Of a stretch of 64,000 bases of DNA, positions 56,121 through 64,000 are shown one piece after another; the first letter of the stretch is position 1, and the number at the start of each line of letters is the position of its first letter. A program made the translations under genes and the position numbers. Under the pieces are notes generated by a model. The model worked only from the letters and a program-made list of their open reading frames with translations. It was not told where the DNA came from and did no database searches. The DNA comes from a virus (Duplodnaviria > Heunggongvirae > Uroviricota > Caudoviricetes): IMG/VR virus record IMGVR_UViG_3300025678_000001; one strand, 5' to 3'.

Positions 56121-59100
56121 TATCTGGGTGATTGTAAGATTTTCTGATTAGAGATCTTGAACAGGAACTTGATATCTCCACTAACGCTCTTGGACAACCA
56201 TACACGGTTTACAGTATGACGGAACTTTTTACGCTGCAGAGCGGATTTTGAATAGTCTACGTAAACAGGGTTGATCTGGAACTCGTATCCATTAGCTTTC
56301 GTAATGAACATCGGAGCCTGGACACCGGTAAACTCACCACGGTCTTTAGTCACATCCCAGAACTGATTGAACCGATACTTCTGTTCTTCTTTAGAGAACT
56401 GGATCTTGATCGACTGGGTCCCGATCTGAGGATAAGTCAGAAGAGCCATAGGGTCATTCTTAGTCTTCAGTACCAGCTCAAGGAGACCAGAGTTCTGCTC
56501 AGAGTTGTGTACGATAGCCCGGTCAAAGTTCTGATCCAGGATATGATACTGATCCCTGCATTCGTTAAAGAACTTGTGAGCCTCCAGTAAGTATTCGATG
56601 TTACGTACAGAGGTGACAGTCTGGCCGGTTGATGATACAAACTCAACTTCCCATGGATAATCAATACCATAAAAGTTGCAGTACAGATCACACCGTACGT
56701 TGTGTTTCCAGATGCTGTCACGGTTTACGCTCATAAAGTGAGCTTTACCCGGGATCAGAGCTGTTGGTATCCAGTCGTGGAAAGAGATCCAGGTCTGACT
56801 CTTCGGATCATAACTTATTGTCCATGAGGCATTCTCAAAGAAGTTAGGATCTGTAAGCTTTACGTACACCTTGTTCGGTATATGGATCGTTTCTCCAGGA
56901 ATGATCGTTACTATCGGCTGCACGGTTGACACACGCTGGCAGATCGGCTGATCACAAGTCGGGTTTGTAAGACCAAATCCTTCAGGACAGCTATACAGAT
57001 TTGAAGAAAACTGGGTAGCTGTTCTGGTTGTAAAGATCACTCGAGGTGTCAGGTTTGAGTAATCTGTCTGAGCGTTCAGAAAGTCAACTACTGACTGACC
57101 ACCAGGAAGTGCTGTAAGATCAAGAACCTCACATCCAAAACCTGCTTTAGAGCCGTCGTTTTTGCCTTCTACCCTCAAGATGTGGGTACCTGCTGTAATT
57201 GTGACCGGGAAGATATGCAGGTAGTTAAATACCCCAGTTGTTCCACTTTGATCTTCAAGAACCAGGTTACCATCCAGGATAATCCTATACCGGTTATCAG
57301 CGGCTACACATACATGATAGGTTTTTGTCTCAGGGATGTTTATGCATACATCAAAACCAACCCACTCATTTACAGGTAACAGATCTGCACCACCATGGTT
57401 ATAGTTGTTCAGGTTTAAACCATTACTATTTCCCCATACTGCCAAACGGTTAACCGGACCATTGTTCAGATCAAAAGTCTGTTTTGCTAAAGCAGACATG
57501 GCTCCCCAACCGGCCGGACTTGGTTGACGTATCCAGAACGGGTTTGCAGGGTTTAGCAGTGTGCTGGATGCACCTGTAGAAGGACCACTGTAAACCTTAG
57601 TACCAAGACTACCATATACTTCATACGGTGTTCTTGTCAGATTTACTACAGTACCTGTCTGGATCGGTGCAGCTGTTTCTGTTCTTACACACATGTTACC
57701 TACCAGTGTATATCCAGGCTGACAGCTATAGACTGTCTTTGGATCTGTAGTTACGGTAGTGTAACCGTCGATATAGTAGAATCCTCCATCGTCATAAAGA
57801 AGGTCATTACGCTTAGGTTTATAGTCCTTCTTTGACAGATACAGGATCTCATTTGTGTTGTCATAGATCATCTGCATACCCACACCGATCAGCGGATTAT
57901 CCGCATGCGGGAAGTCAGGGTATACTTTCAGAAGTTCTGAAGGCATGTACTTAGCAAACCACCACTTCATACCATTACGAGAGATATCATTCATACCTCC
58001 TCCATACTGGAATACTTTACCCTGGTTCTGAGATGCCCAGAATACACCATGGGGGGTATTCATTACAGCATACTTGTTCTGACAGCTTCCATACTCAAAA
58101 GAAGTTTCAGCGTTTACAATGCTCTGTAAAGGCTGATTAAAGAGTCCACCGTCACCGATGGTGATCTTAGCACCGGTACCATCAAGCTTGAGCTCTTCCA
58201 CACCCATAAACTGGATAGGACTTTGACGAGCCATCATGAACAGCGCACCGGTCTTGTTGACTGACTTTATGGAAGTAACAGGAGTTTCAAACTCCTTGTA
58301 GTTATTTGCCAGGAAGATCCTCCAGTTGTCTTTACGACTTTCCAGCTGTTGAGGAAGTGAGTACCTTACTCTGGACGGAGCATAGAAATAACATGTCTCG
58401 GCGTCAACAGGATTATACCCACTTCCCAGGATATTACCCCAGGTAATGTGTGAGTTGAACAGTTTGGATACACTCAGGTTGTAGTCGTACTTGTAAAAGT
58501 TTCCACTCTTAACAATGTCACTACGGAACATAGTGTTCAGATCTGTATTTCTGTACGGATCGTAGTGATGTCTTGCCGGGTCGTCTTCCCAGTCACGGTA
58601 AGCTAGGTTGATCTCAGACTCCACATAGAAGTCTCTCACACCTGAGTTGAACAGGTAGAAATATCCCTGGTTTACGTGGAAACCTTTAGATTTTCTCTTA
58701 TCAAGTACTCGGTAGTCATCCGCGAGTTTGAAGAACTCACTATGCTTAGACTCATTGTTTACCCAGAAACGAGGATAAGGCAGTGAGGGGTAGAGCGTAT
58801 AGTCAAACTCAGTCTCATCGGGTTCACCCAGTAACCAGTCAGTAAAGAACAGCATTGTGTTCTTCTCTGTAAACCGGTTGATATAGATATCACCTCCAAA
58901 AAGTATAGGACTTGTGAGCTTTGTGCCGGCCACCAGGGAAGTATCATGAACACAACCACCAGATATAGGAAGCTGTTTGATACTATCCAACTGACCATAC
59001 TGAGATGGCATGGAGATCTTCAGGGCTCCATAGTATCCGGATATAGTGCTTGAGTATACGTTGTTCAGACTAGCGTTTTTCTCTCCCATCGTGAACCTAC

Positions 59101-61570
59101 TGTCATCTATGGTAGTAGGATTTTCAAAGACACTGTTCTCAGGGATCTCCACAGCAACAAAACCTCCACGGTTCATGTTGTTTATGTTGTAACGCAGGTT
59201 GAAAGACTGTACATTACTCTTTACATAGATAGCGTCTACTACCTGGCGACGACGTCCGCCCTCAGGAGCGGCTACACCTTTATCATAGAAACCATGGGAT
59301 ACATACTGAGCTGCATACTGTCTTTTTGGAACCAGGTATAGGATCAACCTCATAAACTGCTGATCATAGATGTTTGGCAGAATACCTGTAAGGCTTAACA
59401 CTGACAGAACAGCTACGTTGGATGCAGTAGTTGCTATATACTGAGCAATAGTCAGAGGAGAAGCTCCTGAACCAAACACCTGAGCTGTATCTCCAGCATA
59501 GTTTGGAGTAAGGATTAACGGAAGCTTAATTGGAGTATCCTGATCAGCTTCCATGGCAAGATCAAATCCGCCACCAATAGCACCGGCTACACTGGATATT
59601 GTTCCCAGGATAGAAACTAGTTTTGATAGTACACTCGCAAAGTTTGTTGGGATCTTAAACTTCGGGTGTTTGAACGGTGTAATAAAAGACCCTAAGGCAG
59701 TACCAGAAAGCTCCTGGTAAAGCTTAACTTCCGCAGCATTCAGATACGGATTAGAGAAAGTAGTTTCAGGACTATGGAAAGAAAACACGTTCTTTTTATA
59801 GCCTGAAAGCTTTGATGACTTAGGATTTACAGTACCATTTGTACCGGTCTGCATCTCACTTGTCAGGTATGAGTCTGTACGCAGGTCATTATACGGGTAG
59901 TTCTGGTACAGTCCCTCTACAGTATTATTACCAGGGATCGGGTATGACCGCATGTTGTTGAACATACCCTTAGCAATGATGGTCTTGTTTCCTTCTCTGG
60001 AACCACGTAGGATCTCATATCCTACGATAGATGTAATCAGGTTACCATGGTTATCTACCGGGTGTGTAATGTTTGAGAACTGTACTCCAAGAAGAGTAAT
60101 AGTACCGTTTGTACCATCAAAGCTATTCAGAATAGGATGTACAGTTTCATCAGGCATCTTATGGTGTCTGATGTTCTTACCACAAAGGTCTCCCCAGACT
60201 TCTGGTTGATCATCGGGATACTTTTCAGTGCTTTCCCAGTAAGCCATCTTACCAGTAGCCACCACTCTACCACCATCAGGAAGCGTATAGGATGTCAGGC
60301 TATCTACAGAAGCTGTATTCTGTACCTGCCACAGTCTGCGTTGTACCGGTGTAGAACCAGTTGTTTCAAACGCGTCTCCACCGTATACGTAGGCCAGCTC
60401 AGAAGCCAGGGCTACACGACCCGGGATATGATAAGAGTCAGAGCGATCACCAGTGTTGTATACCCATCTGATAAAGTAAGGGTACTGCTCATCACGCATG
60501 TTGCTGGTGTTACTTCCACCTTTATGGTAGTAGTCTGCAGAGTACTGAACGGCTACCCAGTTGGTAACGATTTCGTTAGCTTGCTTCTGATAGTTGAACT
60601 TAAACTTAGAGTAATCACCTACCTTGATCAGGTAGTTGTTTACATCATAGATAGCGTCACTCTTTTCAGAGGCGTCTGTTCTTACCACGATTTGTGATAC
60701 AGGTACTGTTTCCAGTTCCTGATCCCATTTGTCAATGTAGATAGTACCCTGGGCAGTCGAGTAGTGACCAATCTTCTTAGCAACGGTATTACCGTTTATG
60801 TTGGAAAGGACTACCAGCTCAAACTCATCAAAGTCCAGATCTATGTTTGATATGCTCAGCTCAAGTGAAGAACTTACATTTTCGTGAGTGAAAAGAGATT
60901 GTACCTCGGAAATACCCAGGTAGCTTGTAAGACGAACTCCTTTCTCAGAGTAAGCAATAACAGCCTGGTAGGACCCGTTTGGAAGAGATCCGGAAACCAG
61001 TCCTTTAGCAAGACCAAGACAAGGAACTGTGGCCAGGGGAGCCATACGAATCTTCTCACAGTCAAGTTCTGTAGTATAGTGTTTGATCTTACAACCATCC
61101 ACGATCTGCTCAGTGTACTTGAAAGGGATCTTGTCCAGATCCATAAAACGGTCCGGGTTCAGACCATCAGCCCAGTATACAGGCCGAGTACAGTCAAAAC
61201 GTTTACGGCTTGCCCCGGTAATAAGATGTGAGCGTTTAAAGCCTAAGCAAGGATCGTTTACAGCTTTTGTATACGAACATTTGCTTTCGTCATAGATACC
61301 GATTTCGGAGTTTACGTCGTCAGTAGTAAAGACAGCCCACTCATCATCTACCAGGTGAATGCAACCAATAAGGTCATAAGGAAGAGTTACACAATGTAGG
61401 TTTGCCGGCTCGTTTCCAAGTACGCCTACCTGACCGTCATGACTGTTGTTTACAGAGTTACGGGCATGAGTCCATAAGCCTTCCCCAACAAAGGTTTCAT
61501 TAAAGTCCTTTACCATTCCCTTGTTAAAGGTGTTGGTAACAGCTCCTGGATTTTGATTATTCTCAGCCAT
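56120..61570 (-). CDS. tail muzzle/stabilisation protein (crAss-type, P22 gp10-like) with an inserted lectin-like domain
   Basis: 1816 aa; N-terminal FNKGMVKD...HARNSVN...LGNE pattern, beta-propeller-like composition, position after the ring proteins. Confidence 0.7.
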   Translation of the reverse strand: MAENNQNPGAVTNTFNKGMVKDFNETFVGEGLWTHARNSVNNSHDGQVGVLGNEPANLHCVTLPYDLIGCIHLVDDEWAVFTTDDVNSEIGIYDESKCSYTKAVNDPCLGFKRSHLITGASRKRFDCTRPVYWADGLNPDRFMDLDKIPFKYTEQIVDGCKIKHYTTELDCEKIRMAPLATVPCLGLAKGLVSGSLPNGSYQAVIAYSEKGVRLTSYLGISEVQSLFTHENVSSSLELSISNIDLDFDEFELVVLSNINGNTVAKKIGHYSTAQGTIYIDKWDQELETVPVSQIVVRTDASEKSDAIYDVNNYLIKVGDYSKFKFNYQKQANEIVTNWVAVQYSADYYHKGGSNTSNMRDEQYPYFIRWVYNTGDRSDSYHIPGRVALASELAYVYGGDAFETTGSTPVQRRLWQVQNTASVDSLTSYTLPDGGRVVATGKMAYWESTEKYPDDQPEVWGDLCGKNIRHHKMPDETVHPILNSFDGTNGTITLLGVQFSNITHPVDNHGNLITSIVGYEILRGSREGNKTIIAKGMFNNMRSYPIPGNNTVEGLYQNYPYNDLRTDSYLTSEMQTGTNGTVNPKSSKLSGYKKNVFSFHSPETTFSNPYLNAAEVKLYQELSGTALGSFITPFKHPKFKIPTNFASVLSKLVSILGTISSVAGAIGGGFDLAMEADQDTPIKLPLILTPNYAGDTAQVFGSGASPLTIAQYIATTASNVAVLSVLSLTGILPNIYDQQFMRLILYLVPKRQYAAQYVSHGFYDKGVAAPEGGRRRQVVDAIYVKSNVQSFNLRYNINNMNRGGFVAVEIPENSVFENPTTIDDSRFTMGEKNASLNNVYSSTISGYYGALKISMPSQYGQLDSIKQLPISGGCVHDTSLVAGTKLTSPILFGGDIYINRFTEKNTMLFFTDWLLGEPDETEFDYTLYPSLPYPRFWVNNESKHSEFFKLADDYRVLDKRKSKGFHVNQGYFYLFNSGVRDFYVESEINLAYRDWEDDPARHHYDPYRNTDLNTMFRSDIVKSGNFYKYDYNLSVSKLFNSHITWGNILGSGYNPVDAETCYFYAPSRVRYSLPQQLESRKDNWRIFLANNYKEFETPVTSIKSVNKTGALFMMARQSPIQFMGVEELKLDGTGAKITIGDGGLFNQPLQSIVNAETSFEYGSCQNKYAVMNTPHGVFWASQNQGKVFQYGGGMNDISRNGMKWWFAKYMPSELLKVYPDFPHADNPLIGVGMQMIYDNTNEILYLSKKDYKPKRNDLLYDDGGFYYIDGYTTVTTDPKTVYSCQPGYTLVGNMCVRTETAAPIQTGTVVNLTRTPYEVYGSLGTKVYSGPSTGASSTLLNPANPFWIRQPSPAGWGAMSALAKQTFDLNNGPVNRLAVWGNSNGLNLNNYNHGGADLLPVNEWVGFDVCINIPETKTYHVCVAADNRYRIILDGNLVLEDQSGTTGVFNYLHIFPVTITAGTHILRVEGKNDGSKAGFGCEVLDLTALPGGQSVVDFLNAQTDYSNLTPRVIFTTRTATQFSSNLYSCPEGFGLTNPTCDQPICQRVSTVQPIVTIIPGETIHIPNKVYVKLTDPNFFENASWTISYDPKSQTWISFHDWIPTALIPGKAHFMSVNRDSIWKHNVRCDLYCNFYGIDYPWEVEFVSSTGQTVTSVRNIEYLLEAHKFFNECRDQYHILDQNFDRAIVHNSEQNSGLLELVLKTKNDPMALLTYPQIGTQSIKIQFSKEEQKYRFNQFWDVTKDRGEFTGVQAPMFITKANGYEFQINPVYVDYSKSALQRKKFRHTVNRVWLSKSVSGDIKFLFKISNQKILQSPR

Positions 61571-61964
61571 GTTTTATAGTAAGCTTCTTCTTATCTAAAA
61601 ATTTGTAGATGGTGGCTGTTATGTGACCAGCCAACCATGCCTGGGCTTCTTCATCTGTAACCCCCCTATCTTCGGTAACCCGTACTGCTGCATGAAAGAT
61701 CTCATGGGCCAGTGTATTATGGGTCAGATAGTTCTTTCCAACAAGCAGGTAATATATTCCCAGGTTAGGGGATATCATAGCTCCTTCTGCCTCACCACCA
61801 AAGTCCTCTTTGATCTTGAACTTTTTATACAGCTTTACGGCTTCTCCACTTACTGTGTCTACTACTTTTATGATTAGCTTACAATCATAAGTAGGTAATT
61901 TTAGCGTAGTTGAGGCAGTCTTACCATCCGTAGGCTGCTTTGAACGGGTCGTAGTATTTGCCAT
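61563..61964 (-). CDS. small zincin-like metalloprotein
   Basis: TLAHEIFHAA followed by DEEAQAW (third ligand Glu); overlaps both neighbours. Confidence 0.65.
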   Translation of the reverse strand: MANTTTRSKQPTDGKTASTTLKLPTYDCKLIIKVVDTVSGEAVKLYKKFKIKEDFGGEAEGAMISPNLGIYYLLVGKNYLTHNTLAHEIFHAAVRVTEDRGVTDEEAQAWLAGHITATIYKFLDKKKLTIKHG

Positions 61965-62814
61965 ATTGAGCTTTTCGGTTTGTCTCCCAGAGCTTTTTCA
62001 TTTCGGCAAAGTCAGGAGTGTTAACAATAGTGAGAGCGTTGTTTCTAGCTACTCTTAACCGCTGCTCAATCAACTGCAGCTTTTGTACTACGTCTTCACC
62101 ATTCATGTACAGGTTTTCCAGAATCCTTTGTTTCAGAGCATACTCATAGTATTCGTTGATCATCGGATGATCCAGGACTAAAAGATTGCCCTGGTCGTCT
62201 TCCAGGTTACCCTGGTAGGAGATGAATAGTTTACCCTCTTTTATGTTCGTATAGAGAAAGCCATTCTTTATGTATGCGGTCTTAGTTCTGTCATCAAGAG
62301 CATCATGTCTACCGGTTGAAGTAGCAATATGTACGCGTTCAAATGTCTCGTAGACCCTTCTTTCAAAGGCCCGCTTTTCAACCACCTGTACGTAGATATT
62401 TTCACCGGTCTTGCACTCCACAGTATAGGTGCGTTCACAGATACAGGTAGGATCCGGCTGACCACATTTTGTACAGGCTTCATTCAGAGAAGCTGTAGCA
62501 CACTTAAGTGGGTCAAGTATTACGTTTTCAGTGTGCCGGCCTTGAAGTACATCCTGGATAACTGTATACTTACCACAAAGCATGGCGTAATTCAGTACAT
62601 AGAAGTCAGCTGGTAGCTTAGTCTTCTTTTTCTCTATGTCCAGGATTTTCTCTTTGGTACTATGAATACGAAGGCCCAGATCGTAGTTTACACGCTGAGC
62701 AACTTTGATAAGCTGACCAGGTTCGATCATGTTCTCGTTGTTATACTGAACTAGATCAGTTCCAACCTCGGCAAGCAGCTCGTCAAACGTGCGGTATTTA
62801 AGTTCGGTGTTCAT
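61921..62814 (-). CDS. tail ring/adaptor protein
   Basis: 297 aa; KYRTFDELLAEV N-terminus, LVLDHPMINEYYEYALK C-terminal motif, Cys-rich internal segment. Confidence 0.6.
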   Translation of the reverse strand: MNTELKYRTFDELLAEVGTDLVQYNNENMIEPGQLIKVAQRVNYDLGLRIHSTKEKILDIEKKKTKLPADFYVLNYAMLCGKYTVIQDVLQGRHTENVILDPLKCATASLNEACTKCGQPDPTCICERTYTVECKTGENIYVQVVEKRAFERRVYETFERVHIATSTGRHDALDDRTKTAYIKNGFLYTNIKEGKLFISYQGNLEDDQGNLLVLDHPMINEYYEYALKQRILENLYMNGEDVVQKLQLIEQRLRVARNNALTIVNTPDFAEMKKLWETNRKAQYGKYYDPFKAAYGW

Positions 62815-62819
62815 GGTGG

Positions 62820-63491
62820 TTAGCGTGCAACGTTTTGTTTATCGTTAGTAAAGTCCGGTGGGATCTGCATCATGCCACCCAGATCCTGGAACACTCTGGC
62901 TTCCAACTCTCCAAGTATGTAATCCGGAACGTTAAAGGTTTGCTCAGAACGAATAATGCAGCTGTCCTCTTCACATGTCCACTTAGAAATATCGTCTTCA
63001 AAGATTCCTTCTATACGAACAGCGTCCCATTCCAGGTTGGGGAAGTAGAAGTAATCATCTATGTACCAGAAGTACTTAGTTTTGTTGTACTTGAAGTTCT
63101 TACTCTTGCTCATCACAAGATACTGGCTAGGTACCGTGGGCTGAAGTTCTTCGGATCCATCCAGGGAAGCAACAGTACGGATAAGCGGACCATAGTACCC
63201 TTGCATAAAGACCGGCATCTTGTCCTTTGTACGTTTGATCTTACAGTCAGAAGAAATACCAGTACAACATGCCTCGACTGCGTCCACCTCAATAAGTTCC
63301 ACGTAGTCCAGCGTCTGCAGTACTCCGGAGTAAGCCATGAGCTTATTACGTGAGTCCTCACGTTTCATTAACCACTTAGCGTGCTTAAGCACAAAAGAAT
63401 AGATAACCCGGTCGGTCAGCAGGGCATCCTGCCGAACTCCTTTAACCTGGGAACGGATTCTTGAGATTACATCTCCAATAGTGGTCTTCAT
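62820..63491 (-). CDS. tail ring protein
   Basis: 223 aa; ISRIRSQVK...LTDRVIY, YFWYIDDYFYFPN, IPPDFTND patterns typical of crAss-like ring proteins. Confidence 0.65.
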   Translation of the reverse strand: MKTTIGDVISRIRSQVKGVRQDALLTDRVIYSFVLKHAKWLMKREDSRNKLMAYSGVLQTLDYVELIEVDAVEACCTGISSDCKIKRTKDKMPVFMQGYYGPLIRTVASLDGSEELQPTVPSQYLVMSKSKNFKYNKTKYFWYIDDYFYFPNLEWDAVRIEGIFEDDISKWTCEEDSCIIRSEQTFNVPDYILGELEARVFQDLGGMMQIPPDFTNDKQNVAR

Positions 63492-63493
63492 AG

Positions 63494-64000
63494 TTATTCT
63501 AGATTAAACTCGTCATACTCTTCAAGGAGTTTGGCGGTCTCTTGTTTCTTAAAGTCTTTGAACTTCTGCTTTCTGAACAGTAAGCTTACTTTTACCAGGT
63601 TATCTACCTGCACGTATTTCTTCCACTCTTTAGGATACGTTTGAGCTACTGTTCGTTTGAAGTCTCTTAAACCGACAAAGCCCCACATCTCATGGTGCTT
63701 AAACCGGTACTTGGTCTCGAAGTTTGTGTAGAAGATCTTGGCCGTGTACTGATCAGACTCCCAGTTCTGGTTCTGGATCTTAATACCATACTCCATGCTT
63801 TTCTTATAATCAATGTTGTCCTTCTGTTTACGCGGACAGGTTCCTATAAAAATATAGCCCAGTTGTTCTGGAAGCTCTACACCGTCCCGGACGTCTATAA
63901 CCGTCTGCCAGATCTTCTCATTAAACCTGGTAACTACAGCTTTGATCTGTTGGTCACTAAGGTTTACCAGCTGAGGATACTCTTTCCGGATGTCTTTACA
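63494..64000 (-). CDS. IHF/HU-like protein of the tail module, 5' end outside the window
   Basis: The frame stays open to the window edge: CKDIRKEYPQLVNLSDQQIKAVVTRFNEKIWQTVIDVRDGVELPEQLGYIFIG..., HU-like helix-helix-strand pattern. Confidence 0.6.
   Translation of the reverse strand, partial: CKDIRKEYPQLVNLSDQQIKAVVTRFNEKIWQTVIDVRDGVELPEQLGYIFIGTCPRKQKDNIDYKKSMEYGIKIQNQNWESDQYTAKIFYTNFETKYRFKHHEMWGFVGLRDFKRTVAQTYPKEWKKYVQVDNLVKVSLLFRKQKFKDFKKQETAKLLEEYDEFNLE

Noticed and set aside
1-64000. Stop-codon reassignment (TAG or TGA), known in some crAss-like phages
   Set aside because: Genes up to 11.8 kb are open under code 11, and TAG (1975, 25725) and TGA (15997) end genes right at the next gene or terminator
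1-64000. tRNA/rRNA genes, CRISPR array, integrase, reverse transcriptase/DGR
   Set aside because: Intergenic gaps are mostly under 110 bp; no cloverleaf, repeat-spacer array, RT motif or duplicated TR/VR pair was seen by eye

Overview
This window is 64 kb of a lytic, crAss-like (Crassvirales-type) tailed phage that most likely infects Bacteroidota. The host call rests on TAnnTTTG promoter boxes, A-rich leaders without Shine-Dalgarno sites and the protein families present. Coding density is very high under the standard genetic code. There are four transcription blocks. (1) 1-1975 (+): small hypothetical genes. (2) 1972-9093 (-): lysis genes (amidase, holin and spanin candidates) and fibre/accessory virion proteins, including an SGNH esterase and a calcineurin-like phosphoesterase fused to a short repeated motif. 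(3) 9202-26789 (+): replication, recombination and nucleotide genes (DnaA domain-IV protein, DnaB, Sak4-like ATPase, SSB, primase, GIY-YIG, PD-(D/E)XK exonuclease, PolB, DUF932, dNMP kinase, bL12-CTD-like protein), followed by a cluster of phosphoesterases (calcineurin-like, HAD, DHH, MazG, cyclic-phosphate-processing REC). (4) 26800-64000 (-): tail and ejection module (IHF-like, two ring proteins, small zincin, 1816-aa muzzle/stabilisation protein, 1208-aa cargo protein, 1018- and 1162-aa ejection proteins, 3937-aa virion RNA polymerase, 2412-aa polyvalent protein). The best lead is the 1208-aa cargo protein: eight [hydrophobic]-[Q/K/A]-x-G-G motifs fall at module boundaries and bracket a GH73 lysin domain, which suggests a di-glycine-processed virion polyprotein. 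No tRNA, rRNA, CRISPR array, integrase or reverse transcriptase was seen. All family assignments come from motif recognition by eye, not from database searches.
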